Assembly: GCA_964016885.1 (NCBI GenBank)
Contig: OZ024752.1
Location: 27,590,001 to 27,654,000 of the forward strand
Origin: Eledone cirrhosa
Lineage: Eukaryota
Direction: 5' to 3'
Length of the DNA stretch: 64,000 bases
Below are positions 61,401-64,000 of this stretch, in pieces. The position numbers and the translations under genes are program-made. Below the pieces are notes generated by a model. The model did no database searches and was not told where the DNA came from. It saw only the letters and a program-made list of their open reading frames with translations. Each line of letters starts with the position of its first letter. Position 1 is the first letter of the stretch.

Positions 61401-64000
61401 TTGTACAAACTTCGGCTATCAACACACAAACTGTGGAACTAGTACCAACTACGGCTATCAACACACAAACTGTGGAAATAGTACCAACTTCGGCTATCAA
61501 CACACAAACTGTGGAACTAGTACCAACTTCGGCTATCAACACACAAACTGTGGAACTAGCACAAACTTCGTCTATCAACACACAAACTGTGGAACTAGTA
61601 CCAACTTCGGCTATTAACACACAAACTGTGGAACTAGTACAAACTTCGGCTATCAACACACAAACTGTGGAACTAGTACCAACTACGGCTATCAACACAC
61701 AAACTGTGGAACTAGTACCAACTTCGGCTATCAACACACAAACTGTGGAACTAGTACCAACTTCGGCTATCAACACTCAAACTGTGGAACTAGTACCAAC
61801 TTCGGCTATCAACACACAAACTGTGGAACTAGTACCAACTTCGGCTATCAACACACAAACTGTGGAACTAGTACCAACTTCGTCTATCAACACACAAACT
61901 GTGGAACTAGTACAAACTTCGTCTATCAACACACAAACTGTGGAACTAGTACCAACTTCGTCTATCAACACACAAACTGTGGAACTAGTACCAACTTCGG
62001 TTATCAACACAATCTGTCGAACTAGTACCAACTTCGGCTATCAACACACAAACTGTGGAACTAGTACAAACTTCGTCTATCAACACACAAACTGTGGAAC
62101 TAGTACCAACTTCGTCTATCAACACACAAACTGTGGAACTAGTACCAACCTCTTCTATCAACACACAAACTGCGGAACTAGTACCAACTTCGTCTATCAA
62201 GACACAAACTGTGGAACTAGTACCAACTTCGTCTATCAACACACAAACTGTGGAACTAGTACAAACTTCGTCTATCAACACACACACTGTGGAACTAGTA
62301 CCAACTTCGTCTATCAACACACATACTGTGGAACTAGTACAAACTTCGTCTATCAACACACAAACTGTGGAACTAGTACCAACTTCGTCTATCAACACAC
62401 AAACTGTGGAACTAGTACCAACTTCGTCTATAAACACACAAACTGTGGAACTAGTACCAACTTCGGCTATCAACACACAAACTGTGGAACTAGTACCAAC
62501 TACGGCTATCAACACACACACTGTGGAACTAGTAGCAACTTTGTCTATCAACACACAAACTGTGGAACTAGTACCAACTTCGGTTATCAACACACAATGT
62601 GTGGAACTAGTACCAACTTCGGCTATCAACACACAAACTGTGGAACTAGTACCAACTTCGGTTATCAACACACAATTTGTGGAACTAGTACCAACTTCGG
62701 TTATCAACACACAAACTGTGGAACTAGTACCAACTTCGTCTATCAACACACAAACTGTGGAACTAGTTCCAACTTCGGCTATCAACACACAAACTGTGGA
62801 ACTAGTAGCAACTGGGCTATCAACACACAAACTGTGGAACTAGTACCAACTTCGGCTATCAACACACAAACTGTGGAACTAGTACCAACTTCGGCTATCA
62901 ACACACAATCTGTGGAACTAGTACAAACTTCGGTTATCAACACACAATGTGTGGAACTAGTAGCAACTTCGGCTATCAACACACAAACTGTGGAACTAGT
63001 ACCAACTTCGGCTATCAACACACATTCTGTGGAACTAGTACCAACTTCGGCTATCAACACACAAACTGTGGAACTAGTACCAACTTCGGCTATCAACACA
63101 CAAACTGTGGAACTAGTACCAACTTCGGGTATCAACACACAATCTGTGGAACTAGTACAAACTTCGGCTATCAACACACAAACTGTGGAACTAGTACCAA
63201 CTTCGGCTATCAACACACAATCTGTGGAACTAGTACCAACTTCGGCTATCAACACACAAACTGTGGAACTAGTAGCAACTACGGCTATCAACACACAAAC
63301 TGTGGAACTAGTACCAACTACGGCTATCACACACAAACTGTGGAACGAGTACCAACTACGGCTATCAACACACAAACTGTGGAACTAGTACCAACTTCGG
63401 CTATCAACACACAAACTGTGGAACTAGCACAAACTTCGTCTATCAACACACAAACTGTGGAACTAGTACCAACTTCGGCTATCAACACACAAACTGTGGA
63501 ACTAGTACCAACTTCGGCTATCAACACACAATCTGTGGAACTAGTACCAACTTCGGCTATCAACACACAAACTGTGGAACTAGTTCCAACTTCGGCTATC
63601 AACACACAATCTGTGGAACTTGTACAAACTTCGGCTATCAACACACAAACTGTGGAACTAGTACCAACTACGGCTATCAACACACAAACTGTGGAAATAG
63701 TACCAACTTCGGCTATCAACACACAAACTGTGGAACTAGTACCAACTTCGGCTATCAACACACAAACTGTGGAAGTAGCACAAACTTCGTCTATCAACAC
63801 ACAAACTGTGGAACTAGTACCAACTTCGGCTATTAACACACAAACTGTGGAACTAGTACAAACTTCGGCTATCAACACACAAACTGTGGAACTAGTACCA
63901 ACTACGGCTATCAACACACAAACTGTGGAACTAGTACCAACTTCGGCTATCAACACACAAACTGTGGAACTAGTACCAACTTCGGCTATCAACACTCAAT
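58450..64000. repeat. Distal, more heterogeneous array segment
   Basis: Return of CACCAAC-rich units at 58.5-61.3 kb, followed by many rare or singleton variants (e.g. TGCGGAAC 62171, CAAGACAC 62198, TATAAACAC 62429, CAATGTG 62595, GGAACGAGT 63342). Confidence 0.75.
58570..61350. repeat. Three related blocks at 975-bp and 1,248-bp spacing
   Basis: GTCGA marker at 58586, 59561 and 60809; GGAGCT at 59524/60772 and TATGAAC at 59312/60560 (offset 1248 = 32 x 39). Confidence 0.85.

Larger units (their letters stand above)
1..64000. repeat. 39-bp tandem satellite/minisatellite array, about 1,641 head-to-tail monomers, running to both window edges
   Basis: Consensus GGAACTAGTACCAACTTCGGCTATCAACACACAAACTGT recurs every 39 bp throughout; translations have a 13-aa period. 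First monomer start at 2, last at 63966: 63964 bp plus 35 deleted bases = 63999 = 1641 x 39. Confidence 0.99.

Noticed and set aside
1-64000. CRISPR array (39-bp partly palindromic repeat)
   Set aside because: Monomers abut directly with no unique spacers, and there is no leader or cas gene.
1-64000. Programmed frameshifting or phase-variable switching between the two plus-strand repeat peptides
   Set aside because: The frame switches are genomic 1-2 bp deletions copied passively within duplicated blocks. There is no promoter, start context, slippery-site structure or recombinase evidence.
1-64000. Telomerase-synthesised telomeric repeat (A/C-rich versus G/T-rich strand asymmetry)
   Set aside because: The plus strand is 64% A+C, but 39 bp is longer than telomerase repeats I know of, and multi-kb variant haplotypes are duplicated in blocks, which points to recombination. 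A subtelomeric location is not excluded.
1-64000. C(UUCG)G tetraloop RNA hairpin in each monomer
   Set aside because: CTTCGG is present, but the flanks (CAA and CTA) do not form a stem beyond the closing pair, and the loop bases are among the most variable positions.
1-64000. Sequencing concatemer, rolling-circle artefact or synthetic construct
   Set aside because: Variants form nested, ordered haplotypes with private differences between copies and no random indel noise. Local copy-number misassembly cannot be excluded without reads.
1-64000. (CA)n microsatellite, embedded transposon or inversion
   Set aside because: CAACACACAAAC is only three CA units within the monomer. I saw no reverse-orientation monomers or non-repeat inserts, and the phase arithmetic leaves no room for an insert unless its length is a multiple of 39.

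Overview
The whole 64 kb window is one uninterrupted, head-to-tail, single-orientation tandem array of a 39-bp monomer (consensus GGAACTAGTACCAACTTCGGCTATCAACACACAAACTGT; 14 A, 11 C, 6 G, 8 T; 43.6% GC), about 1,641 copies. I saw no unique sequence, inversion, transposon, RNA gene, CRISPR spacer or credible protein-coding gene. The many long ORFs arise because 39 is a multiple of 3 and three of six frames of the consensus lack a stop codon; they mostly start at GTG/TTG and are broken by amplified stops and frameshifts. The informative signal is in the monomer variants. They reveal nested, irregular higher-order repeats (156, 351, 390, 975/1248, 1597, 2219, 2728, 2999, 3276, 3470, 6002 and 12,749 bp offsets), two large domains with different diagnostic variants, a variant block shared by both flanks of the central domain, a deletion-only indel spectrum that closes exactly on 1,641 x 39 bp, and a 14-bp near-palindrome in each monomer. 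This looks like a eukaryotic-type satellite or large minisatellite, but the organism and function cannot be determined from the sequence. I cannot support a novel gene system here. All counts and offsets were read by eye or taken from the ORF track.
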